A DNA stretch of 64,000 bases from Coniocarpon cinnabarinum (Eukaryota): assembly GCA_051942205.1 (NCBI GenBank), contig JAVECO010000005.1, positions 124,001 to 188,000 of the forward strand. The letters run 5' to 3'. Position numbers and translations under genes: made by a program. The notes beneath the pieces were generated by a model. That model was given only the letters and a program-made list of their open reading frames with translations. It searched no databases and was not told the origin of the DNA. Position 1 is the stretch's first letter; each line of letters starts with the position of its first letter. Positions 59,768 through 64,000 of the stretch are shown piece by piece.

Positions 59768-62245
59768 GCGGTGATCCTTCTGTGAACTAGAACATGTGGA
59801 TTCCTGTTGTTTCTAGGCCGAGCGTGGACGCCTTTCAAGTGGGTCTCCGTCCGTCCTTATGCAAAGAAGTAGTATGCCAGAATGAAACACGGACTTCTGT
59901 CGCTTTACGCGCTTTGCAGCAAGGCAATAGAGGTTTGTTTCCGCGCGCTGACTCCGCGTCATTTCCACGTTCATGGCGCTGAATCGGTCTGAGTGTTCAT
60001 AAGATTGCAGTGGATGAGTAAATGGATGGGTGGCGTCCGAAGTGTTCAATATCGGAGCTGACGCTCTCGTGCCCACTTTTTGACACTCACACTCCGTGTA
60101 CGTGCATCATGTGGAGCTGGCCATCCCGGTTGAGCAGAGCTTCCACCGTGATTCGCGAAGCCGTCGACGCGTTTGTTTCATGTGGACTCGTTAAATCTCC
60201 ATGTTCGTGCGCCGGAAGCTACCACGGCATTTGATCTTTCGCGTCGTCCGACTGCTTGAACCCGCAGACCATTCTTCGACCAGAGTTCCCACCGGCACGT
60301 TCCACAATCCCATCCCGGATCGTACGTATGCTTTTGTTCTTTGCGCGAGTCTTCAATTTCCCGAATCCTGAGCTCTCAAGTCTTCAAGGATTGATGGATG
60401 AACTTCTCCACAATCGCGAATCGCGACTCGAACCACCCGAACGACAAGGGATCAGCCGAGGACAAGGAGCAGGTTGAGCTCACGGAGCAGCGTCCGAAAC
60501 TACAGTTCGCCTCACTGTCAGTGCGTAAGCGAGAGGCGGCCAATCACGCCACGTGCTTCTCCGGGCGGGCGCGTGGATTCGGCAGGGATCGGCGGGGATG
60601 CGAACATGGGTGTTTGGTCATGCATGTGTTTGGCCTTTGCTCGTCGCGTCCTTGCTCCGTTGTCGGATGTCTTTTCCTTGGATGGAGACAAGTGCCGATT
60701 GGGAATGATTGCGCGTCGAGGACATTCGGTGCTTGGAGCCTGATGTAGGGATGGGTGGCGAGTTGGGCTTGGCTTTGATTGTTGGGTCGGTGCGTTGATA
60801 GTTTTTAGAGGCTCTGGTGGTTTTTTTCCTTGGGTTCCTAGCGATGTTGGAATGGGACGGTGGGTTGTGTTTTCGTGCTGGCGAAGGCAGTGGCGATGGC
60901 GATGGAATGGCGTTGGTCCGTTGGCTTGAGGACACGGTGATCAGCGATTGATTCGAGAGGGTTGTTCGTGTCCTACGAAGGGGTGGCAGAGATATGATTG
61001 AATGAATCGCTTCATCGAGATTTCAGCATGTCGCAGGTCGGATACCGATTTAGGGCGTGGATTGTCATGCTCCTTCCCTTCTCTTGATCTCAACACCCGC
61101 AGCGAGCAATCATTGCTGCATTCAAAATTCTTGTATTCTGCCTTCAATATTGAACATAATCGCACGAGAGCATCGCAAACTTCTCTTGGGCACTAGTCCT
61201 TGATCGTTTTTATTTGTTCCCGGATCTCTAGTATCTGGTCGAATTGCCAAAGATCGCTCTCATTCTAATCATCGACTGTTATTTTCGATGTGTCCGTTGC
61301 TTTCAGTCGCGACAGTAAGGTGAGTTCCACTACTCTTTAATATTGAATTCAAAATATGTGACGGCCCAAGTGGTTTCGCAGGTCATAGAGGCCCAACATC
61401 CTCTGTCTCAAATAGGCGAACACGACGTTCAATCTGCCGTGCTCGGCATTGCGTCAAGAAGAACCCGACTGTACAATGACCATGCGCGATATCAATGCTC
61501 CTCTTTGCGAATCTTGAAGAAGTGCGCACCATGCTCTTGTCGAGCAGTCAATAATTCGACTCTCGGTGGCGAGTGGGGAGGGGAAAGTCTGCGCTCCCTT
61601 CTGAGCCGTAGAATGATACTGCCGTGGACAGGATTCCTCATGACGCAAGCGTTGAGTGTAGCGCGAGGGCAAAGCTGTCAGGATTGTGAGCGGCCGGTCT
61701 TGATCAGGCGCGCCGCAAACATGGTTTCACGGGTGATTTTCGAGATTGTGGCAGGAAATGATGGGTTCTGCATTATGCTGAATCTAAGGACAACAACTCA
61801 ACAAGCACACAAAAAGCCCAGTAAGAACCATCGAATCGTAGTCAGCGTGGACGCTGGGAGAAGTGGCAGTGGGATTAACCAAAGAGACAAAAAGTATATG
61901 ACGGCACCACAGCAATTAACGAAGAAGTAGGTGAACAAAACGGAAGGACTACGCGAGCGAACAACAACTTTCGGCGGCTCGATGAAGACGGAACGGATGG
62001 AGGGGAGGATTGACAGCACATTTGGTCAAAGATGACGCGACATAAGTGAACCATGGTTCATGTTGATGGCCCCCTCCATCTTTGAAAGGCAGGCGAGCCA
62101 ATTGACAGGCAGCTGCGATCTCGTCACATCAAGTGATGCGGTTGGTCGAGCCATCACAAAGTTTGTTATGAATCACGGCTGTATCAACACTCTCGTTCGT
62201 GTGGCCCATGCACATTCATGCTCCGCGGTCATTTCTTGTACATAT

Positions 62246-64000
62246 TCACGCTTCGCCATCACTCGATAGCTCAGCTTCAGTCAATGGCTCCGAGACTGGC
62301 TCGTCCTCGTCCCACCTCTTGAACCGCATGTTAACGCTTTCTGCGAGAGGCTGAGCAGTGTATGTGTCTTGCTGGCCAAGCTGCGGTGCTTTCACAGGTT
62401 CGTTGGTGTTGATTGCAATGTGATTAGACGACCAAGCATGCTGATTTTCAAATGTCAGCTTCAATTCTTTATTAATCTTGAATCCAAGAACTGTCTGATC
62501 CAAACCTTCGTGACGCGCTTTAAGGTCGCCAATTTCGACGAAGCTGAGCTCAAAGTCCAAAGGGCGTGGCTTACCTCGTAGACACTTTCCTCGACCCTCC
62601 TCTCGTCCAACGATATCAGCTCTGTCCGAAAACAGCTCACCACGCTTGCAACTATTGCCTTCATCTGAAGCATGGCAAGATTGCTGCCAATACACATTCG
62701 ACCGCCTGAGCCAAAGGCCCAAAACCATCGATGCATATCTTTCAAGAACTCCGTCTCTTGATCTTGTGTCTCGAAAGGCTTTTGGCCCTCGGGCCGATAA
62801 CAATAGATGTCCGCTGCAAGATGTGGGTGCACAAAAGGATTGAGCCATCGTTCGGGAATCCATGAATCAGGGTTCGGGAAGACATCGGGGTTGTGATGCA
62901 AGCAATATGCATTGGCCGATATTCGCACACCAGCTGGAATACCTGCATACGGACCAATTCTGTTGTCTTGTAAACGCTTCCCTTTCGGCGTGACACGAGG
63001 TTGAGGACCAGGAATGGCAGGGTGACGTCGCAAAGTCTCCATGACGACTGCATGTAGAAGCGGCAGGCTGTCAATAGATTTAGCTGAGGGCAGGTCAGGA
63101 GCTGAAGATGCAGAAGCCGGCAAACTGATGGGCGGGTTCAGAGTCTGCAGCTCAGCGCGTAGGCGAGACTGGAGACACGGCCTGATAGAAAGTTCGTAGA
63201 AGAGAAACGTCAGAGTGATTCCCGAAGTTTCATGACCAGCTGATAAATGATCCAGCATTTCAGATGCTATCTGCAGGCGTTGTGAAGCACCTGACAATTT
63301 CAATGCGCCAGGGTCCAGAGACTCTTTCTCAAGCTGCGTCCGAAGTTGCGCATAGACTACTGGGTGATCCGGAGCAGTGCTTGTGTCGCCCGTAGGAATC
63401 TTTTCAGATTGTGCGAGAATATTTTCTGCATCATCACATCGGCGCAGACACCAGGCCTCAAGATCGTGATTGGCAGCCGACACCCACTTTGGACTCAGCC
63501 GTATCCCACATCTGGCAAGGGTGTTTGTGAGTTTGGGCATCTCTTGCGGCCAGAATGTGTGCGCTTTGCGGCTCTGGTAGCGGGTAAGCCACCACCGCGC
63601 TTCATCTGGGTTGCGTAGGAAATTTGAACCGCTGCGATATCCCAGCAGGTATCCAGTCACGATGTCCATTGTTACACTTTCGGCAATCAGACGAATGTTG
63701 GCGCCGGCGCCCATACGCTCCTTGACTTGCAGCAGGGGCAGAAGTCGCCCATAGATGACATTCTTCGCAACCAGGGTCATGACGGGTGAGGATTGTAGAT
63801 ACGACTTTGCGTAAACATTGGTCATCATCCTCTTTCTAGCCGAGTGTGGGCCGCTGGCCATGGTGCTGAACATGATTTCAACCCCATCGTAATTGGTGAA
63901 AAGATTTGGATACCAATCCGGCTTTTCGAAACCTCCCGCATAAACAGTGCGCAGACCATTATCGACACTGTTCACCGAAATTTCGTTTGGACCAAGCCGA
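62246..64000 (-). CDS. Cytochrome P450 monooxygenase (5' end outside the window); exons >64000-62575 and 62440-62246
   Basis: I-helix AGHETS, ETLR (ExxR), PERW and heme motif FWAFGSGGRMCIG. The intron GTAAGC...CTGAC...CAG (62574-62441) leads to a terminal exon with QQDTYTAQP..VNMRF. Confidence 0.92.

Noticed and set aside
56879..64000. Velvet gene plus P450 as the edge of a secondary-metabolite cluster
   Set aside because: No backbone enzyme or transporter is visible in the window, and velvet factors are global rather than cluster-specific regulators. The adjacent window would be needed to judge.

Overview
Gene-dense eukaryotic DNA from a filamentous ascomycete (Pezizomycotina-type GT-AG introns with CTRAC/CTAAT branch points). 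I resolve about 19 protein-coding loci, most with exon structures built by hand. They include an Rrn9-type/C2H2 protein (partial), kynurenine 3-monooxygenase, methionine aminopeptidase 1, V-ATPase subunit a, a MARVEL-like membrane protein, an AhpC/TSA-like redoxin with an apparent frameshift, a DUF3429 protein, VPS13, glycerol kinase, GPI mannosyltransferase 2, a DUF1992 protein, Mrp10, the MYST acetyltransferase Sas3, a VosA-like velvet factor, a cytochrome P450 (partial) and several uncharacterised proteins. The main hidden element is on the minus strand at about 32680-32950: a U4 spliceosomal snRNA gene split by two canonical spliceosomal introns, each landing in a U4/U6 pairing helix. I recognised no transposons, tRNAs or rRNAs. 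All family assignments come from motif recognition, not database searches.
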